NCBI GenBank assembly: GCA_951406725.2
Contig: OX597814.1
Coordinates: 159,712,001-159,776,000, forward strand
Direction: 5' to 3'
From: Octopus vulgaris
Taxonomy: Eukaryota
DNA: 64,000 nt
The position numbers and the translations under genes are program-made. Of this stretch, positions 40,334 through 54,590 are shown piece by piece. The notes beneath the pieces were generated by a model. The model made no database searches. It was not told the DNA's origin and saw only the letters and a program-made list of their open reading frames with translations. Numbering within the stretch: the first letter of the stretch is position 1; the number at the start of each line of letters is the position of its first letter.

Positions 40334-42025
40334 TATATAGTAGGATGTTAGGAAGAGTCTGGAATGTGAAAAGGTCGTAATAGTTCGGATATAGATTAGT
40401 AGAGAAGGTGTTTATGTCTGCTAGCAATTATACGCTCATCTAGAATAATTAGCGAAAATGTTATACATACAAAGACAAATCTGCTTACGAGTAATGGTAG
40501 GTTGTGCATTCAAATAATTGTTTCAGATTTCGGCACAAGGCCAGCGATTTTAATCGAGTTGGGGTTTAGTCGATTATATCGATTCCCAGTACTTGACTGA
40601 TAATTTATCTTATCTACCCTAAAAGAATAAAAGGTAAACTTGACCTCGGCGGTATTTGTGCTAGGAACGCAATTAGATCGAACAAATACCGTACAATACT
40701 TTTTATCGAAGCTCTAACGATTTCGTCAGCTCGTAATCTTTTACTAATACTTTTGAAATAATTTAATATATTTTACAACTGTACTTAGAATTCTTCATAA
40801 TCTTTTTCTTAATCCACGTCAAATGTAACTTCATGTTGCAAACGCTTTAGAATTAAAAAGCAGTTATGGGTTGTTGTTTCTACCTCACTTTCTTTCCGTT
40901 TTAAAGAAACCCAATGAAGTCATTAGCGTTGTCCTTTCTCTGAGTAAACTCCATTTTACATAGCAACTGTTGTGTGTTAAAGTTTTTTATTACTTCATAT
41001 GTATTCATCTTCATATACAGGATTTGAGATACAGTCGTAACTAAAATCCTATCATGAGGTGTAAAATTTGCAGAATATGAAAGTTTTAGTGAAATGATAT
41101 ATATGACAAGGAAATGTACAGTATTTTTAAGATGTTTCCTTATATATGTTTTGGTTCTTTTCAAAGAAAATAGTTTGTCGTTTTCTCTAAATTAGAGCAT
41201 TATTGAATTTCTTGGACTTTACTTCATAAAAGTGATGCATGTTTGGTCAGAGTTCGCAGGTTGAAATTTGCACATGTGCGTGAGACAGGTTATAGTAGGG
41301 AGAAGAAAAGTAAAGTATGACCAGCATAGTTAGAGAATTAAATGTATATAGAGAAGAGCTCACTAACGAATTGACAAATCTGTATGGAGATCATAATCAA
41401 AACCTTACGCGATATCAGACTTGATGAAACGTCTTGTCCTACATTTTAGTTCCAGTAAATTTCGTTTTGCTTGACACATTTTTTTAACATCTCATTCCAC
41501 TTGTTAATCATTTACTGAACTAATTCACTCTTTTTTAATTTAAATTCTCATATTTTATAATATTGACATCTGTAAATAGATTATATAATTTATACATTGT
41601 AGCGGAGTCAAAATATTGCATTCTACAACTACGTTATTTCATTCTTCACATGCTAAAGCTGTTAGCAAATTCCTTTGAGTGGTAGGATATTAAAAAGCAA
41701 TGAGCTTGTACCGTTTGACATAATATTAGCAAATGCCAGTCATTCTGTTTTCCATATCTTCCCAAAAGTGAATAATATTCAGATTTCAAATTGATTTCAT
41801 TCATTAATTCCAATTTTTAGCACAAGGGTAAATTCAAGATTATAATTAATAATAGCAGTAATGCGTTGGTATAGCAAGAGGAAGTACGTGTATTAAGTGT
41901 GTATATGAAAACATTCACACAAAAACATACGATACACGTACATACATCAAACACGTAAACACATCATACACATACATATACGTTTATTTTTTTAATTTTT
42001 AATAAGATTGGGCAATGACTTCGAA

Positions 42026-42093
<68 letters not shown>

Positions 42094-42113
42094 TGATATA
42101 TTCGGACTAATAC

Positions 42114-42343
42114 CTATTTCTTTACTACCCACAAGTGGCTAAACACAGAGGGGACAAACAAGGACAGACAAAGAGATTAAGTCGATTACATCGACCCCAG
42201 TGCGTAACTGGTACTTAATTTATCGACCCCGAAAGGATGAAAGGCAAAGTCGACCTCGGCGGAATTTGAACTCAGAACGTAACGGCAGAGGAAATACGGC
42301 TACGCATTTCGCCCGGCGTGCTAACGTTTCTGCCAGCTCGCCG
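42114..42343 (-). mobile_element. SINE family A, young copy with target-site duplication
   Basis: Full family A sequence flanked by the direct repeat TATATTCGGACTAATACC (~42097 and ~42347). Confidence 0.85.
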
Positions 42344-42789
42344 CGTTATATTCGGACTAATACCCTCATCATATTCGTTATAGACACAATATTTCAGCAG
42401 GTGTACTCTTCGGTCTTCTTAAGATGCACTTCATTTTCAGTAATATTCACGGAATTTCAAACCGAATTCTTCTTTATTAAATCCACGGGGAAAAGGTGCC
42501 CATACGAACCATTCTCTCTCTAGTTATCTTCCTTTTTTCTAATGTCGCTTACTCGTTTGTTTGCCTCATTCAACCTCTGTACACCTACCGAGAATTGTTT
42601 CAAATTCGCATACAAATGAGATGTGTTCTGGTTAGTATTCGAATCACAGTAACGGTCTCTCAAGAAGATCGACGCATCACTATCATATTTTGTCTAGTTT
42701 TATAACTAGATTTAAAATCACATATATTTTAGAAACAAGGAACTTGGTATATTATTTTGATATTTATTGCTTTCAACAAAAAAAAATCA

Positions 42790-43210
42790 TTCTTTTACTT
42801 TTTTACTCTTTTACTTGTTTCAGTCATTTGACTGTGGCCATGCAGAAGCACCGCCTTTAGTCGAGCAAATCGACCCACGACTTATTCTTTGTAAGCCTAG
42901 TACTTATTCTATCGGTCTCTTTTGCCGAACCGCTAAGTTACGGGTAACGTAAACACACCAGCATCAGTCTTCAAGCGATGTTGGGGGGACAAACACAGAC
43001 ACACAAACATATACACACACATATACATATATATACATATATACGACGGGCTTCTTTCAGTTTCTGTCTACCAAATCCACTCACAAGGCTTTGGTCGGCC
43101 CGGGGCTATAGTAGAAGACACTTGCCTAAGGTGCCACGAAGTGGGATTGAACCCGGAACTATGTGATTGGTAAGCAAGCTACTTACCATACAGCCACTCC
43201 TACGCCTATA
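42790..43210 (-). mobile_element. SINE family B, near full length
   Basis: Complete head (TAGGCGTAGGAGTGGCTGT.TGGTAAG) through the tail, on the minus strand. Confidence 0.85.
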
Positions 43211-43225
43211 GTAATAATATTCTCA

Positions 43226-43401
43226 CAGCAATGTTTCTCAAGGATTTTTTACATATGGACCCCTTGATTTCTATTTTTCTCCGATGTACCCATTAGCCAT
43301 TCGATGCTTAAAAAAATCATATTTCTATAATTAAATTTTATTAGGAATTGTATTTAAAAAATTAAAATATATTGTGTATGGACCCCGGTTGAGAACTACT
43401 G
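43226..43401. mobile_element. Short MITE (hAT-like CAG...CTG termini)
   Basis: Imperfect TIRs CAGCAATGTTTCTCAA / TTGAGAACTACTG with internal GGACCCC motifs; related pieces at ~1510-1600 and ~57230-57290. Confidence 0.45.
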
Positions 43402-44579
43402 AGCTAGAGCTTCTCCTTGTTCCACTGCGCTTATAACAAATATACAAATCATTGCCTCAGTCCTCACGGATCGTGCCAGCTTTTATCCCATACAAAAACA
43501 GTTTTTTAACGAAGCAAAAATATATTTACAACTACAAAGTCTTGCTCCGGTTATTAACCCCCAAAATATTTATAATCACGTGAATTTACTCCATCTTGGA
43601 TAAATGGTTTCAAAAAGGTATGGACAATCTTCGCCATGAATTTTACAGTGATATGAGTATTAATGTTGTCGATCTAGACTATTACATCTTATCAATTGTG
43701 GAGAGTTCTTCATAGCTAAGAATAAAACTGAAAAATTCCTCATACTACTCTTATAATCTTTCAAGATTAACCCACAGGCAAAGTCACCGTTTTTCTGATT
43801 AACATAATCTTGTAATAGGCGCAGACATGACTGTGGGGGTAAAGAAGTTTATTTTTCAATTAAGATAGATTGGGGATTGACTGCTTGGGTAAGGTGTGTC
43901 CCATCGTATCCTTACAATGACCTTGGATATTAAATTTGTACGAGGCGGTTTTACGGGAAATGGTCACCACCCCTTCCTCCACCCATCCACCAACCTACCC
44001 ACACAAAGACACAGAGAGAGGAAAGAGAGAAAGAGAGAGAGAGAGGAAAGAGAAAAAGAGAGAGAAAATAGAGAAAGAGAGAGAGATGAAAGTAAGAGAA
44101 AGAGAAAAAAGAGAGAGAAGAAAGAGAGAGGAGAGACAGATACACATACAGCACTACCTAGTTTTATCCTGCTTTTTTTTAACAGTGGAAATTAAGCATG
44201 ATTGCTTGAATACTTCGTTTTTGCATTTAGTTTGTAAGATTCTTGATGTGAACTCCAGTTTTGAAAAAAAATTTTTTTTGCTTATTATTATTATTATTAT
44301 TTGCATAATGAAGACAGTGAGTTGACAGTATCGATAGCACGCCGAACAAAATGATTAGCGGCACTGTCCGTCTTTACTTCTGACTTAAAAACTGCCGAGC
44401 TCTACTTTGCTTTTCATCCTTTCGGAGTCGATAAATAGATACCAGTCAAGCACTAGCATCAATGTAATTGACTAGACCTTGACACCAAATTTTCAGGCCT
44501 TAATACCTATTACAGAAAGGATTATTATTGATGCAATGACCCTTCCAAGTTGCAGCAACGGTTGTTTGAATTCACTATA

Positions 44580-44793
44580 CAGTAATCCCTCGACTATCGC
44601 GGGTGTTACGTTCCAAACCCCACGCGATAGGTGAAAATCTGCGATATATAAACAGTATTGTTTTTTTTTTATTAAGTTTGCAATTTGTATATATTTAGTT
44701 TATTATAAATGCAAAACAACACCGCGTAGGAATCGACGTAAGCTTAGATAATAAACCGCGATAGGTGAACCACGATATGGCGAGTGATTACTG
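44580..44793. mobile_element. Tc1/mariner-superfamily (pogo/Tigger-like) MITE
   Basis: TA-CAGTAATCCCTCG ... CGAGTGATTACTG-TA with internal CGCGATAGGTGAA repeats. Confidence 0.75.
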
Positions 44794-45222
44794 TATTTTG
44801 GATAAATAGTTTTAAAAAGGCACTGACAATCTTTAGTTGATCCAAGAATGTTGATTCTCAAAGAATTATTGGATCCACATAATTCAAAAGTTTATTCAAG
44901 GTGGACTTTGTAAAGATGAACAAATTTAAATCATAAAAGAAAATATTAATCTTACATTTGAAAACTTTTTTCCCCAAGTAAATTTACTTTCATTTGAAAC
45001 ATAGCAATAATTTATATACCTTCTCGAAAAGAATCATTTTACTCAGTAAATTGTTTTATTAATTACTATTAATAAATTAAAAATTTTTTAAATAAAAATA
45101 AGATTTTCTCTTTAGAAAGTAGTAGGAAAGTCAGCTTATGATTTTGCCCTTGAAAAATGTGCCGTTAAGCAAACTTTAAGTTACTAAAGTGCATTGTGCC
45201 GTGCAGGCATACCGTTGTGTGT

Positions 45223-45285
<63 letters not shown>

Positions 45286-45476
45286 CGTGTGTATGCGTGC
45301 ACGCATGCATGTATACCTGGATATGCATATGTGTAATTGTTTACGTATGCTTGAGAAGGTGTCTGCGTGTATGTATAAAAATGTGTGTACGTATATATGT
45401 GTATATGTGTATCTATAGACAGACAGACAGACAGACAGACAGACTGACAGACAAACAGACAGACAGGCAGACAGAC

Positions 45477-45553
<77 letters not shown>

Positions 45554-45729
45554 TACACATTTATACATATACCCTACATGGAAATTTTTGCGAATTGCTA
45601 CCCGTTGCTTTTCTGATCTATTTATGTTATGCATTAAGCCATAACGCCGAGTATCTGTTAGATTTCAAATATGTTTGCAGAAATGACCGCAGTTCATTGA
45701 CTTAAAGCAAAAAAGAATAATACATACAT

Positions 45730-45762
<33 letters not shown>

Positions 45763-45773
45763 TACACACACAC

Positions 45774-45861
<88 letters not shown>

Positions 45862-45969
45862 TATATATACATATATATTATATACATATATTCATATACA
45901 TTATTTATATATACATGCACATATATATATCATATATGTTTATATATACACTTACATATATAATATAAA

Positions 45970-46039
<70 letters not shown>

Positions 46040-46149
46040 ATAAGGATAATATCGATATTATCAAGTGGCCAGCATGGGAAAAATACCATACAAAAGTAAT
46101 AATTTAACATTTAACGTGGTTTTTAGAGTCAGGGATTTGACTGCTATTT

Positions 46150-46222
<73 letters not shown>

Positions 46223-46301
46223 AAGTGGAGTTGTGGGGTACCGCACGATTGGAATTATATACGAAAGAAGGTTTGAAAATGCACTTTAAAAGATGTTTAT
46301 T

Positions 46302-46344
46302 TACTTTACCGGTTTCACTCTTTGGAAAAAGATTGTCAAAAGTA
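46302..46344 (-). ncRNA. Second, inverted copy of the same minimal hammerhead motif
   Basis: Exact reverse complement of 46598-46640, within a ~95-bp inverted repeat (46256-46350 / 46592-46686). Confidence 0.65.
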
Positions 46345-46597
46345 ACATGTGGAAGTTTGGTTGCGTTAATTATTGGTTGTTGCAAATTGCTACATTACAT
46401 ATATATATATACAGTCTTTGGTAACAGGGACATGTTAAGGACATAAAAAAGTTCAATAAGTTCCTTAAAATATTTGGCAAAAATGATTACATAAATAATC
46501 GTTCTCAAGGACATACTTAAGATAGTTTCCAGAAGGAATTGATATTGGTACTGTATCTGTATATTCAAACATGCACAGAATATTGGTTGACACATAG

Positions 46598-46640
46598 TAC
46601 TTTTGACAATCTTTTTCCAAAGAGTGAAACCGGTAAAGTA
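46598..46640 (+). ncRNA. Minimal type I hammerhead ribozyme motif (U3-A8 variant)
   Basis: Stem I TACTT/AAGTA; core TTGACAA; stem II TCTTTT-TCCA-AAGAGT; GAAA-CCGG-TA with a palindromic stem III and a GUA cleavage triplet. Confidence 0.65.
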
Positions 46641-46680
46641 AATTAAACATCTTTTAAAGTGCATTTTCAAACCTACTTTC

Positions 46681-48081
<1,401 letters not shown>

Positions 48082-48159
48082 GAAGCAATTTATCGGCATA
48101 CTACTAGGGACACACCCAACACGTAAATTTTAATTTCAACTTTATATATATATATATAT

Positions 48160-48516
48160 ATATATATACATAAATGCATAATGGTGTTTGTCTGTCTATC
48201 TGTGTGTTTGGGGTTACTCTAACTCCTCCTCCACCGTCCGATCGGTTTTAATGATTTTTAGCACATAGGTAGATCACATACCCTGAAGTTCAAATAAGGC
48301 CGGGATTTTCGAAAACACGATAATGCTCAGTTGGCATCGATTTTTGTGAACTCAATCGGGCGTTTGAATGGAAATTCCCATAACGATGTTATTTTCCCTG
48401 CAGCTTTTGCTTTTTTGTCCGATTGTGATGAAAATCGACGAGTGACTAACGCTCATGACAGTGAGTTGATGTCAGTATATGGCGTTGACAAAATATCGAT
48501 AATTGCGCCTGACTAG
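48160..48516 (+). mobile_element. Probable non-autonomous Helitron/Helentron-like element
   Basis: Starts ATACATAAA, then a short (TCTG) microsatellite and AACTCCTCC..CCG.TCGGTTTTAATGATTTTT.GCAC (DINE/HINE-like core, from memory), ending in CTAG. Confidence 0.4.
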
Positions 48517-48904
48517 TGGTTTTATAAAATCAGTAGGCTTTTTGCGTGCAAAAACCCAAAGGGATTTTATTTTTGGCCGTGACTTTTATATTTTCATGTA
48601 TTTTTAGTACTCTCGTTTGTGAGAACAGTCGAATTTATTTAAGATATTCTCATTGTAAAAATCATCTCTGGCTAATCCTTGAGAGTACGTTGGTGTTGCC
48701 TCGGCGAGAGGTTTGCGCTCTCTGAGTGCTCTTGTTTTAATTACCTTAATTCTTTCTGATGTAGTGTTGCATTGTGTCTGAATAAACAACTACAACTAAG
48801 TTTTTTACTTCTATTCTGGAACTATAATTATATTGGAATCTACAATGAAATTGTTACTTCGAAATGATTATTTTATAATCATATTCTGATATAAAATTTT
48901 GTTC

Positions 48905-49269
48905 TGTTACTTATCTTTTACTTGTTTAAATCATTTCGACTGCGGCCATGTTGGAGCACCACCTTTAGTCGAATAAATCAACTCCAGGACTTATTCTTTA
49001 TAAGCTTAGTACTTATTCTATCAATTCCTTTGCCGAACCGCTAAGTTACGAGGACGTAAACACACCAACATCAGTTGTCAAGCGATGTTGGGGGACAAAC
49101 ACAGACACACAAACATAAACACATATATATATTCAACGGGCTTCTATCAGTTTCCGTCTACCAAATCCACTCACAAGGCTTGTTTTCTTTGTATCGTCTA
49201 TCTGGATGTTTTGTTGTCCCATTTTTGTATCACCTAACTGTCCGGATGTTTTGCGTCCTCGTCCCATTT

Positions 49270-49326
<57 letters not shown>

Positions 49327-49445
49327 GACATGCTTCTTTCAGTTTCCGTCTAACAAATCTACAATAGTAAAAGACACTCGTCCGAGATGCCACCCGGACC
49401 ATGTAGTCGGAAAGCAAGTTTCTTACTACACAACCACATCTGCGT
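48905..49445 (-). mobile_element. SINE family B, rearranged, with an internal insertion (49181-49320)
   Basis: Family B tail and head separated by an unrelated partially tandem segment and (TA)n, with a duplicated CTTCT.TCAGTTTCCGTCTA. Confidence 0.7.
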
Positions 49446-49945
49446 CACATGTTCAGTATATTTATAAAATATATTATTAATAAAGGGTTGATAGATCACA
49501 AGTCCAGATGTGCGTAACATTGAGCTCTAAAGAATTGATTTAATGTACTTCGATATACCCACTTCAAGAAAATAGGCTTTGTATCTTAAACAACAGAAGT
49601 TTCTAGCTAACGCCACCACCACCACTATCAACGCCTCCACCACCAACAACAACAACGCTTCCACCACCACCACGACTATAAAGAAATTCTTCAACACTGA
49701 GGTCAAAAAAACATGTTTTCTCTTTTCACTTATCAGCAACATTATCATGTATGATTACGGTCTTTGGAGAAAAAAAATGAAAAAAACAAAAAATAAGAAA
49801 AAAGAAATAATTTATTCATCCTGAAAAAAGTGTATGAATCATTTAGATCTTGAACATTTGACAGAAACACACGTATATTCAAGAATGGCATGGATTGTCA
49901 GTCAGTTCATTAGAGGCGTGTATTCTACTTTAACGAAATGCTTAC

Positions 49946-49998
49946 CATTGTTTGAGTTCTTGCAACATAGAATCGGCCTCATATAAATAAATCCAATT
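49946..49998 (-). other. Candidate 53-nt exon of an unidentified minus-strand transcript
   Basis: T-rich tract ...TTTTCTTTTTAG| acceptor and CAATG|GTAAGC donor; one frame reads NWIYLYEADSMLQELKQ. Confidence 0.35.
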
Positions 49999-50229
49999 CT
50001 AAAAAGAAAAAAAAAACATTCTTTTGTACGTTAATTCCTGTTAATTAATAACAATAATTAAACGAAAAGACATCTGCAATAAAGATTTAAGTCGTGTAAA
50101 TAGGAACTAGATCTTTCTATTTTAGCTTAAATGACTTTCAATCTACGAAAACGATTAAAAGGACACTGGCAGCACCAAAGCTTATTGGAGAATTTAATAA
50201 ACTAGGTGGTGACACAAAGTGTTGTTTGT

Positions 50230-50442
50230 ATATATGGGCGGGACTGGAAGGCGGGTAGGTGCTAGCTTTAAAAGGAATTGTTGATTAAATAACTGCCTGT
50301 ATGGATTTAGGTCTATATATTTGTAGTAAGAACGCTGAGTGGTGCACGTAGTCTGCTGTCACAGCCAAAGTAAACAGGTCTCTCTGTACGATAGGACGAA
50401 TCCGAACGGTCTCAAAGAGTGTACAAACAAACAAACAAAAAG
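50230..50442 (+). promoter_or_regulatory. Candidate promoter and non-coding first exon (plus strand)
   Basis: GGGCGG and GGCGGG boxes at ~50236-50256, TATATA at 50314 and an AAAG|GTAAAC donor at 50442/50443 in unique sequence. Confidence 0.3.
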
Positions 50443-50848
50443 GTAAACGTTACATCTGGTTTATCTTTATTCGTTTAATTTTTACTATCTTCATTGTAAA
50501 ACATTTTTGCTATTTTTCCCTGTTTCTATAAAATTGCAACGCCATGCCTATTTTGCTTGTTCAGTTTCATACATTATAGTTGAGCATACAATAAACAGTG
50601 GTTTCAAATCCTGTCTGTCACCTAAACACCTTTAAACACCTAAAACAAAACATCTCAGATTTATGTCGAACAACTTTTTCTAGTTTCAAACAGAATAAAT
50701 CTTAAAATAATTATACACTTGCGCACGCACACACGCTGACACACATGGACATACATGCACACACACACACATATCCTACGGATCTCCGACAGTTTTGACA
50801 ATTAGTATTCAGTTGTTTGTTGAATCAATTGAGCTGCCGACTTCTTGG

Positions 50849-50901
50849 TTGAATATTCCACAGACGCTGAATATTCCACAGTGGCTGAATATTCCACAGA
50901 C
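50849..50901. repeat. 18-bp tandem repeat x3, each unit containing TGAATATTCC (nGAAnnTTCn)
   Basis: TGAATATTCCACAGACGC / TGAATATTCCACAGTGGC / TGAATATTCCACAGAC. Confidence 0.8.
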
Positions 50902-51120
50902 ACGGACACTGTTCATGTAATAGTGACATGCGAACTATTGGTACAATCCTACCAACGGGATTCGGCACAGTTCCATTCCAGCCATTTCCACTCACACAGC
51001 ATGGACTGACTCGAGCTTTTAACAAAGGACACTAGCCCAACATGCAGAGAGACTGAACCAGCGAACTCTCGATTGAGCGAAATCTTTAGCTACTCGGTCA
51101 TTATTGTGTCCACATAAACA

Positions 51121-51197
<77 letters not shown>

Positions 51198-51641
51198 ACA
51201 CACACACGCACACACATTCAGACACACACTCGTGCTCTCATATTATATTGAAGTATGCATTGTTTAACGAAGATATACAAATATACCGACGAATGACCCT
51301 TGAACTATAAATGTTTTGCAAACGTTCTGATGTACACACGCGCACGCACTCATGCAAATTGTTCTCTAACTTCATTTGTTCATTCTATGTCCATCTCTGT
51401 TTCCCTTCCAGTTGCACACACACACACACACACACACACTCATTCACATAAAGGCATACACACACAGCAGACATAAATAGGTACGAACATACGAACAGGC
51501 ACACGCAAAGAAAATGAACCTTTTTGTATAATAGCAATTAGTACCAATCTAGCGAATGGAGAAAAGCAGTTGCTTTCTAAAGAATTGTTTTTCTGTTAAC
51601 AATAATAAATCTCTGAACGAGGTATAAACAGTAACTGCACG

Positions 51642-51805
51642 ACAATGTGAAGTATATTTGCCATCTCAATATGGCTAACCACTAAGGGTGGGTGTTACTG
51701 TAGCTTATAGCCCCTGGAGGAGATGTTCTCCTGGGGCTATAAGCTACAGTAACATCCACCCTTAGTGGTTGGCCATATTGAGATGGCAAATATACCTCAC
51801 ATTGT
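51642..51805. repeat. Near-perfect palindrome (~78-bp arms, ~8-nt loop)
   Basis: ACAATGTGAAGTATATTTGCCATCTCAATATGG...CCCCTGGAG mirrored by CTCCTGGGG...CCATATTGAGATGGCAAATATACCTCACATTGT, with 4 mismatches. Confidence 0.9.
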
Positions 51806-51967
51806 TTTTCTGTTTCTCGCTCGAATCGACCGAACACACGCATATTCTATATCGTTACAATAAGTACCAGTAATTCTCTAAGGAAAATATATAGCATCCA
51901 GCAAAAACGATACTTCTAAGTTTAAACAAAATAGATATATTTATTACCGATAAGGGAAGATTTCTTC

Positions 51968-52043
51968 TGGCGCCCGCAGAGGGACACGAACCCGCGACCC
52001 TCAGGTTAAAAGTCTGATGCTCTACCGACTGAGCTATGCGGGC
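51968..52043 (-). tRNA. tRNA-Lys(UUU)-derived sequence with encoded CCA; probable retropseudogene
   Basis: GCCCGCATAGCTCAGTCGGTAGAGCATCAGACTTTTAACCTGAGGGTCGCGGGTTCGTGTCCCTCTGCGGGCG-CCA. Perfect acceptor stem and anticodon TTT; mismatches at A31-C39 and C50-T64; T at position 58. Flanked by GATAAGGGAAGATTT direct repeats. Confidence 0.9.
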
Positions 52044-52551
52044 AGATAAGGGAAGATTTATTATCATGCTTAAAATATAGCTTGCCTAGTCAGATTTTTA
52101 TATGTAGCAATCTTTATAACTTTACATGTGCGCGCGCGTGTGTGTGTGTGTGTGTGTGTGTGCATGTGTACATACACACACATACACACATATATATAAA
52201 GTGCGCGTGCGTTCGCTTCTGCTCGTTCGTATGACCACTTGAATGCAATACTTAAAGTGTAGAAAGAAAAAAATGAACGTATCTCTCTCTCTCGATGTAT
52301 GTATGTATGTATGTATGCATGTATGTATGTATGAATGTATGTATGTATGTATGTATGTGTGTGTATGTATGTATGTATGTATGTATGTATGTATGTATGT
52401 ATGTATGTGTGTGTGTGTGTTCAAATTTCCTAATTCAGGGTTTGATATCCTCGATTGTGAAACTACCTGCATATGTGTGTGCGTGTGTGCGTGTATGTGT
52501 GTACGTGTGCGCGCGCGCGTGTGTGTGTGTGTGTGTGTTTGCTTGCATAGG

Positions 52552-52717
52552 TACAGGCTTGGCTATGTGGTAAAGAAGCTTTGAAACCATGTGATTTCGA
52601 GTTCAGTCCCAGCGCGCAGCATATTGGGCAAGTGTCTTCTACTTCAGCCCGGAAATTTTGTTGAAGTCTATCCTGTGTGCGTGTGCGCGTGCGTGCGTGT
52701 GTGCGTGTGTGTGTGTA

Positions 52718-52756
<39 letters not shown>

Positions 52757-52985
52757 ACATGCCGGTGTTTGTTCCCCGATCCCACCGCTTGATAACCTGT
52801 GCTGGTTTGTTTACGTCTCCTTAACTTAGCGCTTTGGCAAAAACGACAGATAGAATAAGCACCAAGCTTTAAAAAACATAAGCGTTAGTATATGGGTGGG
52901 TGGGTCGACCTGTTCGACTAAAAATCTCTTCAAAGCGGTGCTCCAGCATGACCGTAGTCCATTGGCTGAAAAAATGAAAGATAAA
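52552..52985 (+). mobile_element. SINE family B, diverged copy
   Basis: TGGCTATGTGGTAAAGAAGCTT...GAGTTCAGTCCC...TTGGGCAAGTGTCTTCTAC...GCGGTGCTCCAGCATGACCG. Confidence 0.7.
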
Positions 52986-52989
52986 AGAA

Positions 52990-53055
<66 letters not shown>

Positions 53056-53056
53056 A

Positions 53057-53140
<84 letters not shown>

Positions 53141-54590
53141 CACACACACACGTATATGACAGCACAATTCAATGTACGTCTTTGGTATTCCTAGTAAGTA
53201 AGTCGATCAGACATATAATCAAAGTGATTCAAACCGAAATCATCCAGTCTTTTCATAAATCTAGAACTCAGCACGGCTTCTGAGTGCAAATCCCACCGAA
53301 GTCAAATATGCCTTTCATCAACTCTGCAGTCGATAAAATATAGCTCGTGTCAAATACTGAAAATCGATGGTATCAGCTAACACCCACCTACAAAATTTCA
53401 GGTTTTGAGATTGTATTAGTAATCATAATTCAATGCGTATTTCCTTATATAAGTTGTTTGTGTATGAACTGAAGGAAATTGTACGGCTGACACCCAAGAC
53501 AAAATGCTTAGCAGCATTTCGTCCGTTTTTGCGTTCTGAACTCAAATTATGCTGAGGTTAGCTTTGCCTTTCATCCTTTTGGGATTTATAAAATAAATTC
53601 TTGTCAAATACTAGGGTCGATGTAATCGACCTGGCCCCTCTTGCAAAATATAAGGCCTTGTACCTGTTGTAGAAAGGGTTATTATTATTAGAAGTAAAGC
53701 AGCGAGTAGGCAAAATCGATAGTAGTTCGGACAAAATGCTTAGCGGTATTTCAACCGTCTTTACGTTCTGAGTGCAGATTCCACCGTGTTCGACCTTACC
53801 TTTCATTCTTTTAGAGTTGATAAAACAAATACTCGTTGAACACTGGGGTCGATGTAATCAACTTCGCCTCCCTTCAAAATTGCTAGTCTTGATGTCTAAA
53901 TTAGAAAGAAAAAAAGAATTATTTTTAAAAGTCAGTTTAGACTAACTATAATCATTTAGACAATAATTATCAGTCAATTGTAAATATGACTTTCGTTGCT
54001 TATTTTGTCTATGGTTGCTGTTGTAGTTTAGCCCCAGGTCGACTTACTCAAACAAACATATCGTCGAAGACGTCCCAAAGATTATGTTATCCATGAGAAG
54101 GATTACGTTATCCAGTGTAACCTTTCACTTCTCAAAAGGTCACAGTATTATTAGAAGGAATATGTCTGTTAATTATGGCAAGCCCAGCAACCACATAGTG
54201 GCTACCGCATTAGCTATCTTCCAATCGAAACTTAAAAGAAAGCTTGTAAATTATTCAGTCTGTAACAGGAAATATTTATGTAATCAAGGTTGATTTCACA
54301 AACATTGTTGTCCAGATGATAATGTCATTAAAGCCAGTCTCGTAAACGATGTATTCATTACAGAAGTAATGAAGACTAATCAACGTAAATGAGAATTTCT
54401 CGTTCTGAGTTTATGACAAGGGAAATAGGCCAAACTATAAATAAAAGCGCTCTTTCCCCATGGCAGTCCTGTCTTTTCCATGCTATATATGTACATACAT
54501 ACATAACTACATTACCCTTTCTATATTTATCTTTTTCAAAAGTGTACCATATGAGGGTGATTTGGCTATTATTTTTCACATGTCGATCTT

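Noticed and set aside
51968-52043. Functional tRNA gene, or bacterial/organellar contamination because of the encoded CCA
   Set aside because: The sequence is of eukaryotic cytosolic Lys-TTT type and embedded in host repeats. It has two stem mismatches, a damaged B-box and no Pol III terminator, so retroposition fits better.
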